Source of the DNA: Rhizophagus irregularis
Lineage: Eukaryota
Direction: 5' to 3'
NCBI RefSeq assembly: GCF_026210795.1
Contig: NC_089433.1
Span: 2,976,001 to 3,040,000 of the forward strand
DNA length: 64,000 nt
The translations under genes and the position numbers were made by a program. The notes beneath the pieces were generated by a model. That model did no database searches. It was not told the DNA's origin and saw nothing but the letters and a program-made list of their open reading frames with translations. The number at the start of each line of letters is the position of its first letter. The stretch's first letter is position 1. Below are positions 37,711 to 49,911 of this stretch, one piece after another.

Positions 37711-39894
37711 TTTTTTTCATAATAAATGTAATGTAAAAAGATATATATAGAACATAGCTTCACATGTGCTTACAATATGAATAAAAAAAAGGCAATTCTA
37801 TTTCGTGATCAAATTTTTTATTGTGAAATACAAGTCCCTTGTGATTTTTAAATTTCAGACTACTTTTATCCAGACAGATATCCGGATTTACACACTTAAC
37901 AAGACATAATTCATATTCAAGTTGCAAACTTTATAATCTTTGAAGAACTTGAGATGAAAAGAATAAATATGTGTATTATCAGTTGTGACAAAATATTAAC
38001 CTTAAACAATTACCAATTCGAACACATAATAAAATAATGAATAGCATAAATCAAATAGAACGTTTGAAGAGAAATCAGAGAGAAGCTTATATATGTAACT
38101 GTGGTTGGTTCAATATTTTAAAATAAATTCTCAATAGAATTAATATATTAGCAAAATGTCTAAAAATTCTTGTTTAATAAAAAGCTCTAGGAATTAAGGG
38201 AAAAGTATTTTATTTGTGTTATCAAAAAATAACGGGTGATAAGGAAGGTACTGGAGATGAATCGACCGAGTATTGTATGACATTAAAATTAATGGTGAAA
38301 TGACTACATGTATAGTAACAGAATTTTTTTCTCAGAATATATTCTGATTATAATTAAAATCATTTTAATTTTTTTAATTCGCATTAAATTTTGATAAATT
38401 CTACATACTAATTTTTCGCGTTATCAGCTTGATAAAGAATTTATTATATGCTGTATACTTAAATATTAGTAATTTTACATTAAAATTTTATAATTAGCAT
38501 AATACACCCAAAAGAACGTGACTTTAATTTACTAATCAGCATTAAAATAAGCGGTATCACAAAAATTAAGTAGTATTAAGAAAAATTCTCAAGAATTTTT
38601 CTTAAGAACGTGATTTAATTTATTAAAATAAGCAGTTGGAAATTCAAACTTTAAATTAGTGACTGTTCAGTCCGTTGTTATAATATCACTATTATTTTGT
38701 CATCCGTAGCAAACCGCGGATTGATCCGTTAAAAATTCACCCAGATCAACCCGTTGTACTTGTTCTAATCCCACTGATCAAATGCCTTGTTCCAATCAAA
38801 ATCTTTAATATTATCGGGTGCATTTAGAAGTATCATTAAATGTGATTCAAGTGACTTAATTTCATTCTATTACGCGATCTTGTTTTTGTTAATTTGTGGA
38901 GAAAACACTCTTTCAACATTTGCATTCGATTTAATGCGTGAATTGACACAAATCGGAAATTCCTCTTTTTTTCGGTTAGAATCAGAATGATCAGATAAAA
39001 AACTATATATGGACGATACCTGAATAGTATAAGCCGATTTTAAATTAAAATTGACTGTTTATGATCGATATTATGCAAATCGTATGACGATTTTAACATT
39101 GTTGTCCAGTTACTCCAGTAAATTAACTTTTGTTTTACTTTATTTAATATTAAAAATTACTATGTGAATGAGAAATTAATAAAGTAAAACAAATGTAGAC
39201 TTAAATAACTTAAATATCAATTTATTGGGTAATTTTGGTATTACAAACCATTTTTAAGCAATGAAGATTATTAATATTTAGCATTTAACGTAAGAAATGC
39301 AGTAAAAAAATTTTTCCTATTAGAATAGTAGTTTTACAGTCAAAAATAAACATCTAAATACCAGAACAAGTAAAAAGCCTCAAGATAAGCTGGTCGATTT
39401 CTAATTAAGTATTAAAAAAACTACTACCAAAAAGCTTAAATACCAGAATGAGTAAAAAGCCTTAATATAAGCAGATCAACTTCTATTTAAGTATTAGAAC
39501 CAAGTAAATTTTCACACATTATTTAAATATGCAAATTTTCTTTTTTAAATACTTTTTTTCGTGCAACATTTTTTTTTTAAATACTTTTTTTTGTGCAAAA
39601 TTTTTTTTTTTAAATACTTTTTTTCACGCAAATTTTTTTTTACTCACACTAAGTACTCTTTTATTCACCAACCTTTTTACAAAAATGACTGAAGATAACG
39701 AAAGTTTTTCAGTCATAGAAAATAACGTTACTACAAAGACATACTTAATAATATCGATAAAAGCTTTGGAATCATCACTAATCTATCTAATTTTTTAGTT
39801 GAATTAACACGCACTCAAAATAACACGATAAATGAATTAACCTGTAATCAGGATAAAACAATACATGAGTTATTATGCATGGTAAAAACGTTAA

Positions 39895-40100
39895 TATCAT
39901 CAACAATAACACCATCAACAATATCATCATCACCACTATCATTATTGACATCATTTACATCATCATCACCACCACCATCAATATTATCATCATCATTATC
40001 ATCATTGCCCCATCATCATCTCCACCATCATCATTTCCGTTATCGTCATCATCATCTCTACCATCATTATCTCCGTTATCGTCATCTCCGCCACCAGTAC
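39895..40100. repeat. (CAT/CAC)n low-complexity tract
   Basis: Degenerate trinucleotide repeat giving Ser/His/Ile-rich ORFs in all three frames. Confidence 0.85.
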
Positions 40101-40149
40101 AACTTTATTCGGCGAAAGATATAAAAATTTGTCTGGCAACCAACTGGAT

Positions 40150-40735
40150 TTTACCAGTGGAATTTTATAGAGACCCCTGCTATATTTGCCTATATTATGG
40201 ACATGGCTTCAGAAATTATAAATTGTCTGAATATAATTTTTACAGCACAAGAACTTCAGAATATTTGTATAAAGTGTTGGGGACCAATCCATGGAACATC
40301 GGGAAATTGTACTAATAATCGGGTCACACCTCAATTTAAAGAAGATTATATACAACCAACACAATTAATTCAAAAATTTTTTTTTAGGTAAGATTTTTAG
40401 ATTTATACTTTTTGATTTTAATAATATATTAATATATTTTTTTTTATTACCAGTGGAATATTATAAAGACCCCTGCCATATTTGCCTATATTATGAACAT
40501 GGCTTAATAAATTGTCTGAGTATAATTTTTACAGTACAAGAACTTCAGAATATTTGTATAAAGTGTTGGGGACCAATCCATAGAACATCGGGAAATTGTA
40601 CTAATGATCGGGTTACACCTCCGTTTAAAGAAGGTTATATACAACCAACACAATTAATTCAAAATTTTTTTTTAGGTAAGATTTTTAGATTTATACTTTT
40701 TGATTTTAATAATATATTAATATATTTTTTTATTA
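40150..40735 (+). repeat. Tandem duplication (about 298 bp x2) of a Cys/His zinc-knuckle-like exon plus intron start
   Basis: Both copies encode PCxICLYYxHG..NC...ICIKCWGPIH.TSGNC followed by ag|gtaag. Confidence 0.75.
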
Positions 40736-40914
40736 ATAAATAATAATTAAATTGCCGATATTTTTTGGTCATTAAAGGTAATTAATGATTATATATATAT
40801 CTTTCAATTTATTTTATTATTAATATTTTTATTAACTTTTCTTTTTATTTAAATTAAAGGTCGTAATGAAAATTTTTTTTTTTTAACATACATGGTTAAA
40901 GATTTTATAATTTT

Positions 40915-41185
40915 TTTGTTTTTTTCATATAACTGAAGTTTTACCTAGTAGGTTAGCTAGGTAGCATAACTAGATAAAACTTTAGAATTTTTGAAGTTTT
41001 ATTTTTTTGTTTTTTTTTCATATAACTGAAGTTTTACCTAGTAGGTTAAGCTAAGTAGCATAACTAGGTAAAACTTTAGAATTTTTGAAGTTTTATTTTT
41101 TGGTTTTTTTTTCATATAACTGAAGTTTTACCTAGTAGGTTTGCTAGGTAGCATAACTAGGTAAAACTTTAGAATTTTTGAAAAG
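40915..41185. repeat. Three tandem units of about 95 bp, each with a hairpin
   Basis: gttttacctagt...actaggtaaaac stem in each unit. Confidence 0.85.
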
Positions 41186-43961
41186 TTTTAAGGTTGCCGG
41201 GTGGCATGATAAACTTTTCTTCTAATAAATAATAAAAAAAATTAAATAAATTTTTCATAAAAATTTTTATTAATTGCAATCTTAATTTATTAATGTGGAT
41301 TTTTATCAAACATCTTAGTAATACTTAAATATGCAATCATGTATATATTATAGGTATAATTAAAAAGTGTCTTAATTTATGTTAAATAATCAACCAGAAA
41401 ACATTGATAAAAGTTTTTTGCATACCAATAAAATACTGTAGTTCGGTAAATTTATTACCATACTTGTAAATTCCATATTTATACTAAAGAAAAAAGAAAA
41501 TAAATGATAGCAAAATATTTGCGAGATTAATAGATCTAAATTACGATTGTTAAAGAAAAATTCGCAAGAATTTTTCTTGATACTGCTTAATTTTTGTGAT
41601 ACCGCTTAATTTTTAAAGTTTAAATGTGATACCGCTTATTTTAATTTTGATTAATAAATTAAAGTCACGTTCTTAAGGAAAATTCGCAAGAATTTTCTTA
41701 ATACTGCTTAATTTTTAAATTTAATTATGTGATACCGCTTATTTTAATTTTGATTAATAAATTAAAGTCACGTTCTTAAGAAAAATTCGCAAGAATTTTT
41801 CTTAATACTGCTTAATTTTTGTGATACCGCTTAATTGCTTAATTCCCTGATTAATAAAATTGAAATCACATTTTTAAGAAAAATTTGCGAGAATTTTTCT
41901 TCTTAATACTGCTTAATCTTTGTGATACCGCTTAAATTGCTTAACAGTTAAAATTTAGAGTTTAAAGATCGATTTAATAAATTCAAAATATTGTTTTAAT
42001 AAATTCAAAATATTGTTTTAATGAATTCAAAATATTGTTTTAATAAATTCAAAATATTGTTTTAATAAATTCAAAATATTGTTAAAAAAATTTCACAAGA
42101 ATTTTCCTTGATATCGCTTAATTTTAAAGTTTGAAGATCGATCTAAATCGCAAGAATTTTTTTTAATTTTTTTAATCGAAATTTCAATTGTTAGTTAATA
42201 AATCGTCTTGACATTAATTAAATTTAAGGGTCATGTTAATTTTAAAATATTCGTTCCAGATCAAGGGTGAACCAAAAGCCAAAAAGTAATCAATTTTCAT
42301 TGAGACCAAAGCCGTCTCTCTTTTACAAACTGAACTAACTACTTCATTATATATAAATTTATCAATATACAAAGATTTTTTTATTTATTTCAGGTTCTTT
42401 TTCCTTAGCTCCAAATGAACTTCTATTAATAACCAAATTTCTTAGAATTCTCCTCCTTGGGATGATTCGTTGAATCTTCTATTAATAAAAAAAAAAATAA
42501 ATCACAAAAAATAATCACGATTGATATAAATATAAATAATTATATAATATAAAATGAAGGTCACTCACTTTTATTTTATTTTTTTTTTGAGTTTTACCCA
42601 TCTTTTAATTGATTTATAAGATAGCGTTCTAATTTTACATTTTCAATACCACTCGTTCTTTATATCTTTTTCTGAGCTCTTTCTTTCTAAAATCTCATCT
42701 ATTTCTGAGTCGTATTCATCACTTTCGACTCCAATTTTTCCCTTTCTTTAAAATTCCACCTGCAATTTCTTTTTTTCCCTTTTCTTCTACAATTCTACCT
42801 GCGATTTCTTCTTCTTTTTCTCTCTTTTTCAACTCCCCTTTCGATCTCCTCACTTTCTTCTCCTCTCTTCATCTACACTTCCGGATTCCCTCACCTCCTT
42901 CTCTTCACTTTCTTCTCCTCTCTTCATCTACACTTCCGGATTCCCCTACCTCCTTCTCTTCACTTTCTTCTCATTTATGGTCACCTTTGATTAATTTTAA
43001 TTAAAATTATAATCTTTTAAAAGAGTATTATAACAATAATAACAATAAATTTTCGTAATCGATTCAATTATTTGAGTATTTAAATTTGTTCTTTTCTTAT
43101 ACAGCATCCAACCAAGAGATGGCGTAATTGAAAAAAAAATATTTTCCATTAACAATTAAATTCCAACATAAATAAGGTATATCGTGTTTAGTGAATACTA
43201 TGGTACATTATAGGGTTGATATTATCAAAATATGAACAAATCTGAGAATGTAATTCTTTTTTGTGTTCAAAAATTTTCAAAGTCTTATATAATCATCAAT
43301 CAGCATTACAAAAGTTTATTAAATAGTAATTATTAAAGTTTTTAGATACTCAAAAAGTAAAACGAATTTTTCCTACAATCAGATAAGATGATGATGAAGC
43401 TTCTCCAAAGGTTCAAGATCTTAACTGTGAACTCATTAGCTAATTTTAATCCTTGCTTTCTTTACATTCAAAACGTGCGTGGCACATCGATAGTGTGAAA
43501 ATATGCTGGAAAATTTAAGATTAAATGCTGCTCTCAGAGATATTGAATTCATCCAAAACGCGCATAATCCTCCCCCAAAAAACTTCACAGTTATTCATGG
43601 AAGTCCACATATCTGCCGTCAATGAGAACCGCTCAGTAATTTTATGAAGTTCATTAACGATATGATTTCTCTGTTATTAAATAAATTAACTATCAAATTT
43701 ATTCAAAAAGAAAATTAAATATTATATTACTTTAAAATATTTTCAATATAATTTTTACCTTTTGCTTTATGATAATAATATAACAGACAGAAAATTTTCT
43801 AAAATGATAGTTATCGTCAGACAAAAAAAATTTTTTCCATGAATTTTTGAATAACTTGATGTATTATTTTTTAATTGGATTTTCGTAGAAACTTTTTCAT
43901 GAGAAAAATTTTTTGGCAAATGAAAATTTACAGTCAATGTTAAGTATAATGCTTAAATAGG

Positions 43962-44126
43962 AGGAAGGGCAAATCATGTGACTTCAAAAAAAATTGGTAA
44001 TTCGTTATCCATTTTTGGATATGATAAACTTGCAAAATACGCTTATTTTATGATTTATTAATCTTTGTTTATAAAAATTAATCAAAAATTATACTGAATC
44101 ACGTGATTTGCCACTTTAGACGACCC
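43962..44126. mobile_element. Small degenerate MITE
   Basis: Inverted ggcaaatca(t/c)gtga; flanking 10-bp direct repeat cttaaatagg. Confidence 0.4.
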
Positions 44127-44252
44127 CTTAAATAGGCAAAAAATAACTTTATCACGCGAATTGTTGATGTAACATCTCTTTTTAATGATTTTTTTTTCAA
44201 TTCAAATATCAAAACTATATGCAAGAAAAAAAGAAAATATGTTCAAATAAAA

Positions 44253-44595
44253 GTTTATTTAGAAGAGGAGTTATTACAATCTAGTACAATAAAAGTTGAG
44301 AGGTACCGAAGTATGAAAAACTAATATAGGTGTATTAGATCGGTAAATAATCATCCCATAGGGGACCCCGCCCTTCGATATGACTATTTAGATAAATAGA
44401 ACTACTAGATAACTAAAATGACTTAAGGAAGAAGAAAAATAGAACTAGTATAATTTTATTATGCTAACAGCGATAGTGGAAGGATTATATAACGAAATAA
44501 AACAAATGTAGATGTTTGAATAAGGGAAGAACTATCTAAAGAGAAATCTATATATAATGATTTAATCCAAGGGATATTATGCCGGAAATTAGAGC
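44253..44595 (-). mobile_element. Short 5'-truncated LINE 3' end
   Basis: Flanked by tatgttcaaataaaa at 44238-44252 and 44596-44610. Begins with SNFRHNIPW, resembling the ORF end of the adjacent LINE (SNYLHTGG*). Confidence 0.65.
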
Positions 44596-44610
44596 TATGT
44601 TCAAATAAAA

Positions 44611-46163
44611 TTTTATTTTATTTTTATTTTTATTTTTCAATTAACGACAACGACAGGGCCCGAAGAAGTGGTAGGAATGCTGTCTTTATATAAAGAAGCA
44701 ACAAAATCCAAATGTACTACAACTCTCAAAAGGATCGTTATGCCTGGATTATTTAAAACAACTCAGGCAGGACTAGCGTTGTTTCGAACTGAACATACAT
44801 TAAGAGATAAAGAGTAAAAACTATATAAAGAAAAGTCTATATCTATAGAACTATAATTAAAAAAGTGAGAGGTTCAACCACCCGTGTGCAAATAATTAGA
44901 GGTTATAAGGACCATCTAAAGAGGTAGAGTCGACCTGTTTGGAGATTCATTACCGTTGGGAAGGTAGTCGAGAAGGAGAACCATTCTGAGTATTAACTGT
45001 CCGAGCATCCAGAGAACGAAGTAGAGAGTACCTGTTTGTGTCATGTGTACTAGGGTCGGAAATGCGTCTGTGTTGTCGATATTGGCGTTTTTTCTTTTTA
45101 GTAATACCACGAGTAATTTCCCATTTGTGAAATTTGTCATTGTGGAGTTTCCAGATATGAGCATATAGTTTTTGAATTAACGATTGTATAAATTGAAACA
45201 GTACGTTTTTACAGGTTAAATGTTTGCCAACATAGGAGTGAATTAAATTATAAAGTTCTTGATGGACCATATTGTGAACGATCAAATAAATGATGTGAGA
45301 ATCATTTGAGACCATTTGGAATAAATCAGATCGGGATACACTATCTGGAATGAATTTAATCATATTATCTTTGACAGTATGAGAAGAAATGAGTGCAACC
45401 AATATAGGTATATGTTCCATTAGAGTGTTATTAAGGAAAGGGTGAAGATCATCGTAAAAACCCAGATGAGAATTAGAATCATTCGTGTTAAGGCAGATCG
45501 GGCAGAAAATTCCTGTCGGGGGATATAAGTCCTTATAGTGTTTGAAAAGGACATTACCACATGTAAAATATGATTGAGAGATTTGATTTTAAAAGCATCG
45601 TAGATTGACTTGTGGCTACTGCAGATGTCGTCAGTAGGGTTAAAGTGAAGCCAGTCTTGTGTCAAAGGCCAATGGATATCATCAGAGTTGAATTTATCAA
45701 ACAAAGGTTTGAGGGTAGAGTTGTGTAAGAATTGAGTAAACGTGATACAATCAGTAATTTTGCGTGAAAATCGTCAGATATCGCGGTCTACTATGAGACC
45801 AAAAGAAGCCCATATTGGCATCATTTAAGTCCCAGGAAATTTAGACGAATTGAGTTCAATAGGAGGAAGAAGACGTGCGGAGTTAGCCGGCTCGTCAGCT
45901 AAGTCGTTATACTGGTCACCAGAGTGAGCCTTGACTTTATGAAAGGTAATCTTGAGATTTTTTGATTCTATAAGGTAAATGATGAAGCGCCAAGTGACGT
46001 GATTTGGAAGTTTTAACGACCTTCTGATTGACAAGGAGTGGGTAATTATTCGATTATAGGTGTCGATAACGTTTTGTGAATCAGTAAAAATTTCGATAGT
46101 GGAATTATGAGGAACTGTCAACAAGGTAGTGATGATAACGTAAGTTTCAGCTTCGGTTGAAGA
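44611..46163 (-). mobile_element. 5'-truncated non-LTR retrotransposon (RNase H + C-terminal zinc finger), decayed
   Basis: RNase H motifs SSTEAE..., IFTDSQNVI, KVKAHSGDQYNDLAD; CPIC...SHL; (AAAAAT)n tail; TSD agctatgttcaaataaaa at 44593-44610 and 46164-46181. Confidence 0.92.
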
Positions 46164-46573
46164 AGCTATGTTCAAATAAAAGAATTTCTTAATGAAATAT
46201 TCTTAATATAAAAATTTGCTCATGTGGATTTTAATTGATTTCAAAAAGAACGACAGAAACCGAAAGAAGCTTAAGTAAACTACTCTCCCCTAACGCCATT
46301 TAAAAATTGCGATTTTTTTAAACCATCACAATGATTTATTTTTGATCAGAATCTTGTTACAGTCTCATTTGGTCTCATTTGGTTTTTGCTTAAGTAATCC
46401 CATTTGCTTAATCTATCAAAGCAAGGTAAATATATTAATCTAATTATCTACAAATCTAATTACAAATTCTATATATGATTATTATATATATAAAAAATTA
46501 TTCCAAAATTATTTATTAATCTAATTAATTACATTATTTTCTACAAATCTAATTATGTAACTACAAACTTATT

Positions 46574-46857
46574 TCTATAATCTGAATACAACCATAAATC
46601 TAATTACGAATTTCTTTCAGTATGACTACAAATCTAATTATGAATTCCAGAAAAATGGCCTTTTCTATATATGGGGTAAAAGGTACATTAATCCACAAAT
46701 CTAATGATGTAATTTCTATAAATCTGAATACAACCATAAATCTAATTACGAATTTCTTTCAGTATGACTACAAATCTAATTATGAATTCCAGAAAAATGG
46801 CCTTTTCTATATATAGAGTAAAAGGTACATTAATCCACAAATCTAATGATGTAATCA
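46574..46857. repeat. 142-bp tandem duplication
   Basis: ORFs at 46622 and 46764 start with nearly identical sequence, offset by 142 bp. Confidence 0.9.
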
Positions 46858-47015
46858 CAAATCTATTTTTTTATAATTTAAATCTGAATTTTTTTTCTAT
46901 GCAAAAAAAATCTATTTTTTTATTTTTTTTTGTACTCTTAGAAAGAAAAATTCTTTGATTATTTCTTGTTTTTGCACCTTTTAAAATTTGCGATTTTGCA
47001 ACTTTACTTTCTAAG

Positions 47016-48860
47016 ATGTCGTCTTTCTTGCAGCAATAACAACAACATCATCAAATATACTCAATGTCATACAAAACTAACGAAGATACTAATGATACCA
47101 ACGAAGGAGACAATGCCAAAGACGAAGATGATGATGACAATGACGAAATTGATAAAGGTATATAAAATTAGCAATTTATGATTAACTAAATGTTATAAAG
47201 AAAAATTTGACATACATTTCTTATACAGAAATATCATATAAAAACGACCACGAAAGTGATGAAATTGATGATAATTTATTAAATTTAATAATCCGAACAA
47301 ATGCCAAACTTAAAGAGTTTGGTTATAAAAACCTAATTATAAACTGTAGCTCAGATTTTATACAAATTGGAAAAAATTCCAGTGGTGCAATTGAAGTCAA
47401 TTTAAATAATCAATGGGATACTGAAATGGACCATTATCCTGCTCAAGGAGGACGTAAAGGATATAGTTTTTTGACTGCTACCAGCAAATTTATGGCTCAA
47501 GGAGGACGTGAAAGACGTAATTTTTCAAATACTGGCAGCAAACTTACGAATGTTGGAAAATTTACAACACATAAAGGTAAATAATAAGTTTTGGTAAAAA
47601 AATTTATTTAATATATTAACATTATTTTCTAGAATTGTCTATAAGTTGTATGAAGATGGGAGAGTCGCTTTTTACGCTTTTACAACATATACACAAACTT
47701 CCCACTCCTCCTCCAATAGCTGATACGTTACAAATTTGTGATCATGATCAATATCGAGTTGTGTTGTTACGACATTTATCTAGGATTAATAATGTCAATG
47801 AATTTTGCAATTCTAGCATTTTTTTGACAAATGATGGCGGTAAATCATCTCGACATTTGCTTAGTTATATTTTGGATGGTGATACGACTCTAAAAGAAAA
47901 TAGTGCACAGACAGCAGGTGAAGATTCATATACTGTAGTACAGGCACAAATGATTTAATTTAATTAATACCTAACTAATTTTTTTTTTATTTAGGTCACT
48001 CACTCAGTTATATTTTAAATAATGATCAAGAAGAGTCGCTAGTTTCAACAAGTAGTCATTGGACTAAAGAATTAGGAGAAAGCAGTAAAAATTCATATAA
48101 TACAGGTGCAATGATTTATTATTATGATTCGAGTAGTAGCTGTTCATTTAATTAATCTCATTCTTTCTGACCTATTATTTTGCGGTAGATTTTATATTAT
48201 TACTACAACAACCATCAGAAGAACGTGAAACCAAAATAAAAGCCGCTTGTTCCAAACTGTCAAAGAATATCTTTGACATTTATAAAACTTCGTTGGAACA
48301 AGAAGTACAAGCAGACTATATAAGAAGAGATCAATTTCATTATTGTCTAAAAATATTACAACATTTTCGAACTCTAGAAACGTATTTTAAAATATATCAT
48401 GAACGGAACAAAGGACAAACAATTAAAACTAACGTTATAAGAAGTATAATAAAAAGTGGTGGTAACGGACAGTTAACAGGAAGCAAATTAAAATTAATTA
48501 TCCAAAGAGCCAAACGCATAGAAAGGTTATTAAATCTGGCAAATAATAACTATAATATATTTGACGCTTTTCCTGACCTTAACACTACTTTTTTTTCTGC
48601 AAATCGCATGAATACTTATAATTATGAACGTTGGTTAATATTAGTTTAAACCAATAATTTAGTTAGTGCTGATGAAGGAAGAAGATTATATAAAGAATAT
48701 AAGGAAAAATGTAAAAAAAAAAAGGTATGAATATTTAAGAAATTTATATATTGGCGTGAATAGAGGAAATGATTTATTAGAAAATGAAATTAATGATGAG
48801 AAGGATGAGGAGGATGAGGAGGACGAAAAGGATGAGGAAAGAATAGATTTATTATTTTAA
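47016..48860 (+). pseudogene. Multi-exon hypothetical gene, probably disrupted
   Basis: Exons joined by short GT-AG introns; C-terminal IIQRAKRIERLLNLANNNYNIFDAFPDL...NYERWLILV*TNNLVSADEG shows an in-frame stop at 48647-48649. Confidence 0.6.
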
Positions 48861-48883
48861 ATATTTTTAGTCTTGAATGCTTA

Positions 48884-49246
48884 CTTTACTAAAAATGGCC
48901 AATTTTTTGAAATGATTTTGTAATAATTTTGAAATACTACAAAAATACATTTAATACATCAAAATGGTTTTATTATATTTTTGTTATTATTTTGTAATTA
49001 TATTGTATCTAGGTCTATAAAAATAACTCATAATAATATCACAATAATTTTTTAATGTTTTTGTTATTATTTTATTATTATAATATAATTAACTTTGATA
49101 TTATTTTAATATTTTAATCTCAAAAATACCTCAAATATATCTTGATATATTTTAAAAATTTTACAAAATAATTGCACAATTGTTTTGAAAGCCATTGTAT
49201 CTAGGTCTATAAAAATATTTCAAAAAATTGGCCATTTTTAGTAAAG
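48884..49246. mobile_element. 363-bp MITE, CTTTACTAAAAATGGC family, TA TSD
   Basis: TIR ctttactaaaaatggccaattttttgaaat; inverted near-copy of 29227-29590. Confidence 0.92.
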
Positions 49247-49667
49247 TATATTACAATATATTATTAATGCAATGTCAAATAATTTTAAATTTTTAAAATT
49301 AGAGCTTTAGATTATTTTATGTTAATAAAAAATAACATTGATTCATATTATATAATAAATTAGATAATAAAAATATGCTTTTCTGCTAATTTTTTACATA
49401 ACCTTATTTATATAAATCATATATTAATTAATTAATGGTAAAAAAATAAAGAATATTCCATTCGTCCAAAAATGTAATTTGAGAACAAATTTTTATTAAA
49501 ATCTCTGCAAATTATATATATACTGCTTTTATTTTTAAAGTAATACTTAATTTGGACTTTATATATATGTCGCGTGATTTTATTGTATGTTAACAATAAA
49601 TTCTTGATACTGCTTAAGTGTAAATTTAAAATTTAAAGTGGCATTGTCTTCTTGGATCAGCTGCAAG

Positions 49668-49911
49668 TAAGGTTGCTTGCTGAAACCTAGGGGTTTAGGC
49701 AAGATGGCGTTTCGCCGAAAAGCGAAATTCTGCCGAAACTATATTAAAGTTATATTAAAAAACTGGCAAAACTTTGGAGAAAGGCAAAACTGCCGAAACT
49801 TATTATAAATGCTGAAACTGCCGAAACTCTGCCGAAACTATAATAAATCTATAGTAAAATTTTGACGAAACTAATCGTAGGATTTTGAAGAGGTTTAGAC
49901 AAGCAACCTTA
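49668..49911. mobile_element. hAT MITE
   Basis: TIR taaggttgcttg / caagcaacctta; 8-bp TSD gctgcaag; internal gccgaaac repeats. Confidence 0.93.

Noticed and set aside
39875..40315. Poly-Ile/Ser/His proteins
   Set aside because: Open frames arise from a (CAT)n tract; no independent coding evidence.
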